Shown here: one piece after another, positions 48,867 through 58,691 of the stretch | Layout of the letters: every line of letters begins with the position of its first letter | Position numbering within the stretch: the stretch's first letter is position 1 | Assembly: GCA_024279475.1 (NCBI GenBank) | Contig: JAJRRM010000114.1 | Span: 6,803 to 70,802, forward strand | Source: Alphaproteobacteria bacterium | GTDB lineage: Bacteria; Pseudomonadota; Alphaproteobacteria; 16-39-46; JAJRRM01 | Reading direction: 5' to 3' | DNA length: 64,000 nucleotides | Notes under the pieces: model-generated | Told to the model about the DNA's origin: nothing | Database searches by the model: none | What the model saw: the letters and a program-made list of their open reading frames with translations, nothing else | Made by a program: the position numbers and the translations under genes

Positions 48867-48907
48867 TCCCCTTCTTAAAAAAGATTTTTTTAAAAGAAGA
48901 ATCTACT

Positions 48908-49504
48908 ATGTCTTTACCCCTTAAAATTATAGATAAGTTAATATTAGCATCTTCTTCACCAAGACGCCTAGATCTCTTAAATCAAATGGGGATAATGCCT
49001 CGATGTGTATACCCTGCAAATATTGATGAAACCCCTTTAAAAAAAGAGTTACCTAGAGTTTTTGTTCAACGTATGGCCTTAGAAAAAGCGCAAGCTGTTT
49101 CTAACAAAAATTTAAACTCATTCGTTCTTGCCGCTGATACTATTGTTGCTGTTGGGAGACGCATTCTAGGGAAGCCTGCCAATGCTAAAGAAGCTCTGAA
49201 CTTCTTAACCTTACTTAGTGGAAAAAGACACCGCGTTTATACAGCTATAACTCTCTACAATCCTCTAACTAAATATTTTCATCAAAAGACTGAATATACT
49301 CACGTTCGATTCAAAAACCTCCATTCTGATGAAATAATGTTTTATCTCTCTACAGGTGAATGGGAAGGAAAAGCAGGAGCATACTCAATTCAAGGGTTTG
49401 CTAGCTGTTTTATCCAGAATATAAATGGATCTTATACAAATGTAATAGGACTTCCTCTTAGCAGTGTCTATGCGCTCTTTTTGTCAAACAATCTAAGCCC
49501 TTGA
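48908..49504 (+). CDS. maf: Maf-like nucleoside triphosphate pyrophosphatase
   Basis: LILASSSPRR..LL, ADTIV, GKP and AGAYSIQG motifs. Confidence 0.85.
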   Translation: MSLPLKIIDKLILASSSPRRLDLLNQMGIMPRCVYPANIDETPLKKELPRVFVQRMALEKAQAVSNKNLNSFVLAADTIVAVGRRILGKPANAKEALNFLTLLSGKRHRVYTAITLYNPLTKYFHQKTEYTHVRFKNLHSDEIMFYLSTGEWEGKAGAYSIQGFASCFIQNINGSYTNVIGLPLSSVYALFLSNNLSP

Positions 49505-49863
49505 GCCGGATCCTTTTTTTGCCATAAGCAAATAAGCCCTTTTATTTCTCTGAATTCTACCCATAAAAACCCAACGAAAAATATAATAATACTACTAATA
49601 GATACACCCTTAGCCGGAGAAAAAATGAAAACAAAAGCCGACAAACCTGTAAAAGTAAAATAAATAAGCAGAGTTTTTCTTAGCCATAAAAAGTGAGATC
49701 TCTCCAGCTCTGGCATTTTGTGTACCGAAGCTAGAAAAATAAAGATACCTAAAAATAGTGAAATTATTGGTGCAAAATCAAAAACAATAAGAAGAGTATA
49801 AAAAATAAAAAGAATCGTTTTTAATTTATAAATATCTTGCCAAAAAATGTTTTTCTTTTTCAC
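49468..49863 (-). CDS. small polytopic membrane protein appended to the F0 operon
   Basis: 131 aa with about 4 hydrophobic helices. The start lies 2 nt after the atpF stop. The 3' end overlaps the convergent maf by 37 nt. Confidence 0.5.
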   Translation of the reverse strand: MKKKNIFWQDIYKLKTILFIFYTLLIVFDFAPIISLFLGIFIFLASVHKMPELERSHFLWLRKTLLIYFTFTGLSAFVFIFSPAKGVSISSIIIFFVGFLWVEFREIKGLICLWQKKDPAQGLRLFDKKSA

Positions 49864-49865
49864 TG

Positions 49866-50369
49866 CTATCCTACCCTTTTTTCTTTAGATTGTTGAACAT
49901 ATTTAGCCATTTCTATAGACTCTTGTACAATATTTTTTTCTTGTTCCTCTATCAACCCCTTTGCCACAACAATACCACATAAATCAATAGCTTTTTTCTT
50001 TGATATTTGTTCAAAATGAGCTTCTAGCTGCTTCATACGCTTGTCCAAAGCTTCTGACATATTTTTTCCTAGAATCTTTATTTTTTCCTTGTTCTCAATA
50101 GACAACTTTTTTATGCGCATATCTGCTTTATCCTGAATTTTCTGGCACTGTTCCATAATACAACGTAATTCTAGCTCGCGTTTATCAAAGCGATTCTGCA
50201 TTTCTTCTTTTTCTTTTTGTATACTTACAATAAGGTTTTTTATTTTTTTTGCTTTATTATCTACAGTGTTTAAAAATGTAGTAAAAATTCTTTTTCCAAA
50301 AAAAGAAAAAAAAGCTATGAAAGCTATTAAAACCCAAATACCTGTAGTAAAAAATTCTTTAAATATCAT
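49866..50369 (-). CDS. atpF: ATP synthase F0 subunit b
   Basis: N-terminal TM helix plus a long charged helix. Position is after b' in an alphaproteobacterial F0 operon. Confidence 0.75.
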   Translation of the reverse strand: MIFKEFFTTGIWVLIAFIAFFSFFGKRIFTTFLNTVDNKAKKIKNLIVSIQKEKEEMQNRFDKRELELRCIMEQCQKIQDKADMRIKKLSIENKEKIKILGKNMSEALDKRMKQLEAHFEQISKKKAIDLCGIVVAKGLIEEQEKNIVQESIEMAKYVQQSKEKRVG

Positions 50370-50865
50370 TGATCTTCTCTTTGTTTTTTAAAGTCTTTTC
50401 TGTAGTAGCTTCTATACTTCTATATTCTACGGCTGATCCTGTTAATTTTTTTAGAAAAAGGTGACTTAAATACGGTACTTCTTTTTTGAAAGCTCCCAGA
50501 AAAATATTTTGAGCTTCCTGCAGTTTTAGGCTAAGCTCCTTTTCTTTTTTTTCTGCTATATTCTGCCAGTTTTCTTTGTTTTTATCCAAAATTATCTGAA
50601 AAGATCTTTCTGCTTTATCAATCATTTTTTTCGATTTTAAACGGCTATCTATCAGCTGATTTTTTATTTCCTCATCAATTTTTTCCATCTGATCTAAGAG
50701 GGTTTTTATCTGATTTTTTTGAATATCTATATGCTCTTGTCGCTCCTGTAAAATCCTTCCTAATCGAGGAAAAATAAAGCGATTCAAAAAACAATACATA
50801 AAACCAAAGGTCAAAAACAACCAGAAAATTAATGACGAATATGTACTTGTATCTAACTGTGGCAC
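50359..50865 (-). CDS. ATP synthase F0 subunit b'
   Basis: MPQLD..TY.SLIFWL..TF start, typical of alphaproteobacterial b', then TM helix plus charged helix. Confidence 0.75.
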   Translation of the reverse strand: MPQLDTSTYSSLIFWLFLTFGFMYCFLNRFIFPRLGRILQERQEHIDIQKNQIKTLLDQMEKIDEEIKNQLIDSRLKSKKMIDKAERSFQIILDKNKENWQNIAEKKEKELSLKLQEAQNIFLGAFKKEVPYLSHLFLKKLTGSAVEYRSIEATTEKTLKNKEKINDI

Positions 50866-50883
50866 GCTCAGAGGCTCCAGTCC

Positions 50884-51108
50884 TTATAGAAATAAGATCA
50901 GAAAGGCTATAACAAGTGCAAAAATCGCAACAGCTTCTGTAAGAGCAAAACCTAGCAACCCAATTGGCATCACTTGTGATTTTGATTCAGGATTACGCGA
51001 TATAGCTTGAATAAGACTAGAAAATATATTTCCAATTCCTATACCTACTCCCAATAGACCAAAAACAGCGAGACCTGCCCCTATCATTTTTGCAGCTTGA
51101 ACATCCAT
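50884..51108 (-). CDS. atpE: ATP synthase F0 subunit c
   Basis: 74-aa hairpin with GxGxGxG (GVGIGIGNIF), RNP loop and ALTEA carboxylate motif. Confidence 0.95.
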   Translation of the reverse strand: MDVQAAKMIGAGLAVFGLLGVGIGIGNIFSSLIQAISRNPESKSQVMPIGLLGFALTEAVAIFALVIAFLILFL

Positions 51109-51146
51109 TTTTTTTCTCCTTTTATTTAGTTAAAGTATAAATATGT

Positions 51147-51893
51147 TTAATGTAAATACAAGGCATCATGTAAATAAATACATGTTAGAATCGTAAATAC
51201 ATACGCCTGCAATATTGCTACCATAAATTCAAACCCTAGAAGCAACACTGTAAAAAAAGAAGGAGCAATACCGAAGTAAACACCCATAACTACCGAAAAT
51301 CCTGCAAATACTTTTAAAATTGTATGCCCTGCCATCATATTAGCAAACAACCGAACAGATAATGTTACTGGACGAGATAAATATGAGAGTGTCTCAATTA
51401 AAATAACAAGTGGATATAAGAAAACAGGCAAACCCTTGGGTACCAGCAATGTAAAAAAGCGAACACCATGTTTTATAAATCCTACTAAAGTAACAACAAA
51501 AAACACCAGAATAGCCAAAGAAAATGTTACAATTATTTGACTTGTAAATGTATATGCATAAGGAATCATTCCCAAAAGATTCCCAAATAAAATAAAGAAA
51601 AATATTGAAAAAATGAAAGGGAAAAAACACTTACCCTTATCTCCTACATTCTCATGTATCATATTTTCTATAAATTCATAAGCAACTTCACAAACAATTT
51701 GGGCTCGATCAGGTATCATTTTAGGGCTTCTTAAGCTAATAGACATAAATCCTACTATACATAAAACTGTAAGTACCATAAACAATGAAGCATTCGTAAA
51801 AGATACATCTAAACCACCAAACTCAAGATGGAATATTTTTCTTATTTCAAACTGATGAAGTGGATTGGGCAATGTAATACTATTAACTGCCAC
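51147..51893 (-). CDS. atpB: ATP synthase F0 subunit a
   Basis: LSVRLFANMMAGH with the essential Arg. Polytopic protein. Confidence 0.9.
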   Translation of the reverse strand: MAVNSITLPNPLHQFEIRKIFHLEFGGLDVSFTNASLFMVLTVLCIVGFMSISLRSPKMIPDRAQIVCEVAYEFIENMIHENVGDKGKCFFPFIFSIFFFILFGNLLGMIPYAYTFTSQIIVTFSLAILVFFVVTLVGFIKHGVRFFTLLVPKGLPVFLYPLVILIETLSYLSRPVTLSVRLFANMMAGHTILKVFAGFSVVMGVYFGIAPSFFTVLLLGFEFMVAILQAYVFTILTCIYLHDALYLH

Positions 51894-51920
51894 TTATTTC
51901 TCCTTTTTTCAATTTTAAAA

Positions 51921-52748
51921 TTATACAGCATCCTTCACTCGCTGATTAACCTTTGATAGGCCCAAAGCTGTTATAAGAGTTCTTAATTCTTGCCTTGCAG
52001 CAACATGGGATAAATTAAGTTTTTTCTCTCCCACCTCTGTTAAATCTAATAATGTTAAACCTTGCATAAATAATTCTCTAAAAATAACACGTTCAGAAAA
52101 TCCAGGGACATGTTTGAATCCTATCCTTTTTTCTAGTTTCCCCAACACTTCTTCCATATACTCTTTATTTTTTGCATTCAACTGGCTTAAGCGGTTACGT
52201 AAAACAATCCAATTCATATTGCCACGATTACGCAGAGCTTTATTTTTTTTAAATTCCCATACATTCTCAGCATAAATACTTAGACGATTAACATTAAGCG
52301 TTCCATTTTCAATATGAGCTAATAGGTCTAAATCTATAAAGCTATCATTAAGCGGCGTTATAAGTGTGTCTGCAAAAGAATGCGCAAATCTTGAAAGATA
52401 TGTATTACCACCTGGTGTATCTACAACAACATAGTCACACCCCTTCAATTTTTCCATTGCTTCAGAAAAACTAGATTCTTCTTCTTTATTTGCCTCATCA
52501 ACACTTTTATTCTCGCTCAGATAGACCGGATTATGAGAAGGCGTTAATAGCTTAACTTTATTGTCCTTTATATATTTATCTCTATTTTCAAGATATCGCG
52601 TTAAAGTACCTTGCCTTGCATCCACGTCAATACTACCTACATTGTGCCCTGCATGCAGTAGGCTTGCTATAATATGCACAGCTACAGTAGACTTTCCTGT
52701 TCCGCCTTTTTCATTCCCAAGAACAATAACGTAAGGCTGAGAAATCAT
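51921..52748 (-). CDS. mipZ: division-plane positioning ATPase MipZ (ParA/MinD superfamily)
   Basis: VIVLGNEKGGTGKSTVAVHI..SLL..G..VGSIDVDARQGTLTRYLENR matches the MipZ N-terminus as I recall it. Confidence 0.8.
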   Translation of the reverse strand: MISQPYVIVLGNEKGGTGKSTVAVHIIASLLHAGHNVGSIDVDARQGTLTRYLENRDKYIKDNKVKLLTPSHNPVYLSENKSVDEANKEEESSFSEAMEKLKGCDYVVVDTPGGNTYLSRFAHSFADTLITPLNDSFIDLDLLAHIENGTLNVNRLSIYAENVWEFKKNKALRNRGNMNWIVLRNRLSQLNAKNKEYMEEVLGKLEKRIGFKHVPGFSERVIFRELFMQGLTLLDLTEVGEKKLNLSHVAARQELRTLITALGLSKVNQRVKDAV

Positions 52749-52826
52749 CTTTTTCCTGTAATCATTTTATTTAAATTAATACTGCTCAAAGAGTACCGTG
52801 TAATATATTTTAAAGCAATAGGCTAT

Positions 52827-52856
52827 AAAAAAACCAGGACAAAGCCTGGTTTTTTT
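52827..52856 (-). terminator. symmetric rho-independent terminator after the NYN gene
   Basis: AAAAAAACCAGG-acaaag-CCTGGTTTTTTT, 14 nt past the stop at 52870. It has a U-run on either strand. Confidence 0.7.
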
Positions 52857-52869
52857 AATACTAAAAGCT

Positions 52870-53529
52870 TTAAGCGGCTTTTTCACCAGATGCTTTTGCA
52901 GTTTTTTTCTCGCCAACCTTCTCTATTAAAGCGAAATCACCTTGCAAATCTGCTGCAGGTTGAGCATTTTCAGAAGGTGTTTTTTGAGAAGAGTCACGCA
53001 TAACGTAAGGCGCTATGTCTTTCAAATCAATAAAATTATCTGCCTGACGACGCAAATCATCAGCTATCATTGGTGGGTTTGTACGAATTGTACTAACAAC
53101 TGTTACACGAACACCCTTACGTTGGGCAGCCTCTACAACGCAACGAAAATCCCCATCCCCAGAAAATAATACGATATGATCAAGACGGTCACATAGTTCC
53201 ATTACATCCACTGCCAGCTCAATATCTGTATTTCCCTTAACACGGCGGCGACCTGCAGAATCTGTATATTCACGAAATGGCTTTGTTACCATCGAGTAAC
53301 CATTATAATCTAGCCAATCAACTAATGGTCGTATAGGGGAATAATCTTGCTCTTCAACCAAAGCCGTATAGTAAAAAGCTCTAATAAGAAGTCCTTTCTC
53401 GGAAAAAAAACCTAGTAATCGTTTGTAATCGATATCAAAGCCTAGAACTTTTGCGGCTGTATGTAAGTTAGACCCATCCATAAAAAGCCCCAAGCGCTCC
53501 TGTTTATAAAAAATCATTTTGCTCTCCAA
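52870..53529 (-). CDS. NYN/LabA-like (DUF88) domain protein
   Basis: [24 protein letters not shown] and VLFSGDGDF. Divergent from rpoZ. Confidence 0.75.
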   Translation of the reverse strand: MESKMIFYKQERLGLFMDGSNLHTAAKVLGFDIDYKRLLGFFSEKGLLIRAFYYTALVEEQDYSPIRPLVDWLDYNGYSMVTKPFREYTDSAGRRRVKGNTDIELAVDVMELCDRLDHIVLFSGDGDFRCVVEAAQRKGVRVTVVSTIRTNPPMIADDLRRQADNFIDLKDIAPYVMRDSSQKTPSENAQPAADLQGDFALIEKVGEKKTAKASGEKAA

Positions 53530-53661
53530 AATTTGTTATTAATATTATATAAAAAACAGACTCAGCATATTTTAATAAGTATCTACACATGTTTAGCTTG
53601 CTTTGTTAACTATTTTCTTATAATGATAATTAAGAAAAGGTCAAGAAAGGATTTTAAAATT

Positions 53662-54081
53662 ATGGCACGCGTTACTGTTGAAGATTGTGTAAAACGTATT
53701 AAGAATCGCTTTGATTTAGTTATCAAAGCCGCAAATCGCACTCGTCAGATATCTCAAGGCGCTGAAATTACAGTAGATAGAGATAATGATAAAAATACTG
53801 TTGTATCCTTACGTGAAATTGCTGAGGGTACAATTGATATAAAGTCCCTTAGAGCCTCTCTAATAAGAAAATACCAACGTGTTCCGGAAATAGGTTCTGA
53901 TGATGATATAGAAGTAGCTGATCTTATGAAAGAAGAGCAAGCATGGATATCTCAACCTGAAAGCTCTGAAATGCGGGAAGAAATCACTGATGATCAGTTA
54001 AAAATTATATCTGAAAAAAAAATGGAAAGGGATTTAAAAACAGAAGCTTTCGAAGATGTTTCTGAAAAAACTACTGACTGA
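53662..54081 (+). CDS. rpoZ: RNA polymerase omega subunit with an acidic C-terminal extension
   Basis: [31 protein letters not shown] chose the ATG at 53662. The track ORF extends to 53533. Confidence 0.85.
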   Translation: MARVTVEDCVKRIKNRFDLVIKAANRTRQISQGAEITVDRDNDKNTVVSLREIAEGTIDIKSLRASLIRKYQRVPEIGSDDDIEVADLMKEEQAWISQPESSEMREEITDDQLKIISEKKMERDLKTEAFEDVSEKTTD

Positions 54082-54158
54082 TTATTTTTATCTACGCTGC
54101 TACTCTCCAAAGAGAGAGACCCTTTTATGTTATAAATATAAGCTAATATCTTAAATAC

Positions 54159-54689
54159 ATGTTTAAACGTCGAAAAGCTAAACCTATCCTCCGCAAAGCT
54201 GCAGACCTAATATGGCCAAGTATAGGCATAAAAAGAACCATGCGATACTATTGGCTAAGATTAGTACACCATCCAGCCTCAAGCCAAAATCTAGCTGCTG
54301 GCTTTGCAACAGGCGCTGCCCTTTCATGTACACCTTTACTTGGTCTTCATCTTATCCTCGCTGCTTTTATCTGTTTCTTATTTCGCCTTAATATCTGGTC
54401 TGCAGCTCTAGGCACTGTGTTTGGTAATCCATGGACTTTTCCTTTCATTTGGTCTTTTACCTATTTCCTGGGAAATATTTTTTTTTCAGATTCATCAAAA
54501 ATACTAGATCTACATACTCTAAACTGGTCTTCTTTGATTGAAGATCCTTGGCATATTTTTATACCCATGCTCGTTGGAAGTATTCCCCTGGCTATCTTTG
54601 TCTGGATTGCCTCCTATAAAATTCTTTCTTTTTTTCTAGATAAATACAAAAAAACACCAACGAAATCTAAAACTAACAGAAAAACATAA
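54159..54689 (+). CDS. DUF2062-family membrane protein
   Basis: AAGFATGAALSCTPLLGLHLILA...GNPWTFPFIW pattern. Confidence 0.7.
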   Translation: MFKRRKAKPILRKAADLIWPSIGIKRTMRYYWLRLVHHPASSQNLAAGFATGAALSCTPLLGLHLILAAFICFLFRLNIWSAALGTVFGNPWTFPFIWSFTYFLGNIFFSDSSKILDLHTLNWSSLIEDPWHIFIPMLVGSIPLAIFVWIASYKILSFFLDKYKKTPTKSKTNRKT

Positions 54690-54690
54690 G

Positions 54691-55080
54691 ATGATTATAG
54701 GAATTGGCAGCGATATCGTTCACGTAGATCGCTTTGAATACTTGATTTCCTCCTATGGAGACCGTTTCTTAAAACGTATTTTTACGCAAAAAGAAAGAGC
54801 ATACGCTAAAAAATCTAAAAATTCTCCCAATGTATATGCTAAACGCTTTGCAGCCAAAGAAGCTTTTTCTAAGGCATTGGGAACAGGTTTTCGAAAAGGA
54901 TTACGTTGGAAAGATATTGAGATTTCACATACAAAGCTTGGCCAACCTTTTATCATTGCTCATGGGAAAGCAAAAAAACTTATTGAGGCTTGCCACGGCC
55001 CCCTTGATACGTGTAGGATCCACTTGAGCCTTTCGGATGAAAAAAACCTAGCCCTAGCCTTTGTTATAATAGAAAAATAA
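54691..55080 (+). CDS. acpS: holo-[acyl-carrier-protein] synthase
   Basis: MIIGIGSDIV...RFAAKEAFSKALGTG. Confidence 0.9.
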   Translation: MIIGIGSDIVHVDRFEYLISSYGDRFLKRIFTQKERAYAKKSKNSPNVYAKRFAAKEAFSKALGTGFRKGLRWKDIEISHTKLGQPFIIAHGKAKKLIEACHGPLDTCRIHLSLSDEKNLALAFVIIEK

Positions 55081-55095
55081 GAATTTAATATAAAT

Positions 55096-55926
55096 ATGCC
55101 TTCAAAAAAAATATCCTTGCAAGAAACTGTCGATAAAAATACATTACCTCTGAAAAACAGAATAAAAGAAGAATGCAAAGAACTTTCTGCCGCCTTAATT
55201 TGGGCACTCCTTATAGCGGGTATCATTCGTACTTTTATTTTTGAGCCCTTTACTATTCCTTCTGGATCTATGATCCCAACCTTGCTTGTTGGCGATTATA
55301 TCTATGTTAATAAAAATTCTTATGGATATAGCCGATGGTCGTTTCCTTGGGGCTACCCTTCTTTTTCTGGACGTTTTGCTTTTTCTTCGCCAGAAAAGGG
55401 AGATGTTATCGTTTTTAAGGGACCAAAAGCTGGTGATGATAAATTTTACGTCAAGCGCCTTGTAGGAAACCCAGGTGACACTATACAAATGATAAATGGA
55501 CGCCTACATATAAATAATGAAAAGCTTCCTATAAAAAACATAGGACCTTATACTTACATAGATGAAGAGACAAAACGGAAATTTATAACACAACGCTTTC
55601 TGGAAACACTTCCCAATGGTGTAAATCACTATATAATTAAAGGGTTTGCTTTTGGTAAAGCCACTTTTGACAATACAATTGCTTTCCATCTACCTGAAAA
55701 ACATTATTTTATGATGGGTGACAACCGTGATTTCTCTGGAGATAGCCGCAGTCGCTTCAGTATGGGGGATATTCCTGAAGAAAAGCTCGTGGGAAAAGCA
55801 CTCTTTATTTTCTATTCTACAACAGCTAAATGGAAAGAAATTTTTAAATACGCAAGTGGGCTTCGTGGTGAACGTATTTTTAAAGGACTTTACGATATTT
55901 CATGGCAAACAAAGAAACGTTCTTAA
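55096..55926 (+). CDS. lepB: signal peptidase I
   Basis: IPSGSMIPTLLVGD, YVKRLVG.PGD and GDNRDFSGDSR. Confidence 0.9.
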   Translation: MPSKKISLQETVDKNTLPLKNRIKEECKELSAALIWALLIAGIIRTFIFEPFTIPSGSMIPTLLVGDYIYVNKNSYGYSRWSFPWGYPSFSGRFAFSSPEKGDVIVFKGPKAGDDKFYVKRLVGNPGDTIQMINGRLHINNEKLPIKNIGPYTYIDEETKRKFITQRFLETLPNGVNHYIIKGFAFGKATFDNTIAFHLPEKHYFMMGDNRDFSGDSRSRFSMGDIPEEKLVGKALFIFYSTTAKWKEIFKYASGLRGERIFKGLYDISWQTKKRS

Positions 55927-56636
55927 ATGCCTTAAAGGCGTTAGAGAAACGTCTAAATTTATCGTTTGAAAATTTAACCCAAACGTTAAAAGCTTTTGAA
56001 CATCCAAGCCTTATTAACTACCGAAAAAAAGAAACAAAACCTTCTTATTTTCAACGTCTTGAATTTTTAGGTGACCGTGTGTTAGCTTTAAGTGTAACAG
56101 CGTATCTTTATAAGACTTATCCTAATGCTTCAGAGGGAGAGCTAGCAAAACGCTTAACTTTTCTCATTCGAACAGAAACACTAGCCGATATAGCTAAAAA
56201 ATTAAATTTATCTTCCTGCTTACACGCTCAAAAAAAAATATTTAGCACAAGCGGATTACCTGAAAGTGTTCTTGCTGACACAACAGAAGCCCTACTCGGG
56301 CATATATATGAAACCTTAGGATATGAAATTTCCACCTCTATCATTCTAAACATTTGGGCTCCCTACTTTGATCTCTTAGAAACAAAGACCGAAGAACAAC
56401 TTAAAGATGCTAAATCTCAACTCCAAGAACTTATTTTAAAACAGGGCACAATCCTTCCTGCATATACCACAGAAAAACTTAGCGGTGAAGATCATAATCC
56501 TATATTTGAAGCAACAGTTGCTCTTCCTAACACTATGATATATAAAGCAACTGGCACAAGCAAAAGTAAAGCTGAACAAGCTGCCGCTACCACTGCTTTA
56601 GACTCATTAAATGCATTTAAAAACCCTAAGCCTTGA
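55902..56636 (+). CDS. rnc: ribonuclease III
   Basis: QRLEFLGDRVL signature and a C-terminal dsRBD (AEQAAATTAL). Confidence 0.9.
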   Translation: MANKETFLNALKALEKRLNLSFENLTQTLKAFEHPSLINYRKKETKPSYFQRLEFLGDRVLALSVTAYLYKTYPNASEGELAKRLTFLIRTETLADIAKKLNLSSCLHAQKKIFSTSGLPESVLADTTEALLGHIYETLGYEISTSIILNIWAPYFDLLETKTEEQLKDAKSQLQELILKQGTILPAYTTEKLSGEDHNPIFEATVALPNTMIYKATGTSKSKAEQAAATTALDSLNAFKNPKP

Positions 56637-56645
56637 GAATATAAA

Positions 56646-57551
56646 ATGACAGATATAAAAACACTCTGTGGACACGTAGCTTTAATTGGTCTTCCAAATG
56701 CTGGAAAATCTACTTTGCTAAATACAATACTTGGCACTAAAGTATCCATTGTATCTCGTAAACCTCAAACAACTCGTTTCCAAGTCATTGGTATACATAT
56801 TGAAGAAAATTCCCAAATTATTTTTTTAGACACACCTGGTCTTTTTCAAGCAAAGTCTCCTTTTGAAAAAAGCATCCTCCAAACTGCTTGGCATGCTGTA
56901 CATAACTGCTCATTTGTTGCTCTTCTAGTGGATGTACAAGAAGGCTTTTCATCTCGTATGAAACAACTCATATCCACTCTGAAAGAAAGAAAAGTTGAGA
57001 TAATTGTTGTTCTTAATAAAATTGATCTTATTGCTAAACCGAAGCTATTGAATATTGCCAAAGAATTTCATGAAACCAATATTGTAAAAGATATTTTTAT
57101 GGTATCTGCCCTCAATAATGATGGTGTTTCTGATTTTGTTACATATATACGTGTACGTTTACCTGAAAGCCCTTGGATTTATGAACATGATAAAATAACT
57201 AATTTACCTCAGCGTCTAATAGCCTCTGAAATTACCCGTGAAAAACTCTTCCGAACCCTTAATAAAGAACTTCCTTACGAACTAATGGTAGACACCGCTA
57301 GGTGGGAAGAAACGCTTAATAAAAATATAAAAATCTACCAGACAATTTATGTAAGAAGAGACAGCCAGAAAGCTATCATACTTGGAAAGAACGGCCAAGC
57401 CATAAAAAAAGTGGGCAAAATGGCTAGAGAAGAGCTAACTGAGATGTTTCAGAAAAAAATACATTTATTTTTGCATGTAAAAACAGATAAAATATGGCAT
57501 GAAAAACCACATATTTTTAATAGTGGGCATGGATTTTATTCAAATGAATAA
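56646..57551 (+). CDS. era: GTPase Era
   Basis: GLPNAGKSTL, DTPG, NKID and a C-terminal KH domain. Confidence 0.9.
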   Translation: MTDIKTLCGHVALIGLPNAGKSTLLNTILGTKVSIVSRKPQTTRFQVIGIHIEENSQIIFLDTPGLFQAKSPFEKSILQTAWHAVHNCSFVALLVDVQEGFSSRMKQLISTLKERKVEIIVVLNKIDLIAKPKLLNIAKEFHETNIVKDIFMVSALNNDGVSDFVTYIRVRLPESPWIYEHDKITNLPQRLIASEITREKLFRTLNKELPYELMVDTARWEETLNKNIKIYQTIYVRRDSQKAIILGKNGQAIKKVGKMAREELTEMFQKKIHLFLHVKTDKIWHEKPHIFNSGHGFYSNE

Positions 57552-57790
57552 AATTACCCTTAAGTTTCCTTTATAATCTGATACTTAGCTCTTTTTTTAA
57601 AGTTGCAAAAAAGACACATTTATTTAGTTGATAAAAAATATGATTAAAAATCAATTGGTTATGTATCAGTGCTTTCTCTTAAAAAGGGATCATTCCATAA
57701 TTAATTTAGTTTTTTACTTTTTTTCTATTGCACACACCATATAGGTAGGATACAAGTGAACTAATAATAATAATAAAATTAAAAACTAAA

Positions 57791-57820
57791 GGTGGGAGGC
57801 AATGTTACCCACCTTTTTTT
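57791..57820 (+). terminator. rho-independent terminator in the era-rpsU spacer
   Basis: GGTGGG-aggcaatgtta-CCCACC followed by TTTTTTT. It lies 240 nt past the era stop. Confidence 0.65.
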
Positions 57821-58220
57821 ATTTTCTGTTTTATCCGAGTGATTGCTAATAAAAATTTAGAAACATTTCTACCCTCTTTTAGAAGAACTTCTATTCAGCA
57901 AATAAAAATTATTCCTTTCTTTTCTAACCTCCCTGAAAATCTATGTAGTCAAATAGATTAAAGAGAATACCCTTAGTCAATAGCCCACTGTACGATTGAA
58001 AAATCATTAAAAAATCAAGGAAGAATTTTAAATATATATTTTTCCCTATATAATGGCTTTTTAGAAAAAAAACACCTCTTTGAACAACACTTGTAAGCTC
58101 CTTTTTTTTAATTTTTATCCTACTATTATTTGATTTTTTAGCTAGACAACTGCATCAGAGCCCTGTATAAGAGACAGGTTATCTGAAGATATAAAGAATC
58201 CCGTTAAGTAGGAGAATAAA

Positions 58221-58427
58221 TTGGTAGAAGTTAGTGTTCGTGATGGCAATATAGATCAAGCTTTACGTGCTTTTAAGAAAAAGCTACAACGTGAAGGAGT
58301 CTTTCGTGAAATGAAAGAACGACGTCACTTTGAAAAACCTTCTGAGAAAAAAGCTCGTGAAAAAGAGGAAGCAATTCGTCGCACACGTAAACTTATGCGC
58401 AAGCGTTTACAACGCGAAGGCTACTAA
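58221..58427 (+). CDS. rpsU: 30S ribosomal protein S21
   Basis: TTG start with GGAG upstream. [43 protein letters not shown]. Confidence 0.9.
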   Translation: MVEVSVRDGNIDQALRAFKKKLQREGVFREMKERRHFEKPSEKKAREKEEAIRRTRKLMRKRLQREGY

Positions 58428-58465
58428 CTTTAATTTCTTTTAAATAACTAAGCATATTAAATAAA

Positions 58466-58495
58466 AGCCTTGAAGAGTTTTTTAAGGCTCTTTTA
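58466..58495 (+). terminator. rho-independent terminator after rpsU
   Basis: AGCCTT-gaagagtttttt-AAGGCT followed by CTTTT. Confidence 0.5.
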
Positions 58496-58691
58496 TCCTA
58501 TCTTACCTTTTAATTTTTTAGTATGAGGACCTTAATAAAAATCCTCACTATTATGCCCCTTTTTATAGAAGATCTGATAGAAAATTTTCAAAAAAATCTT
58601 TACCAAAAATAAAGTTCCCTTGTAATAAAATTCTTTTCTTGATCTCTCCAGTTACTATAGCTTATAAATGAGAGGAGAAGGATAACTATAA

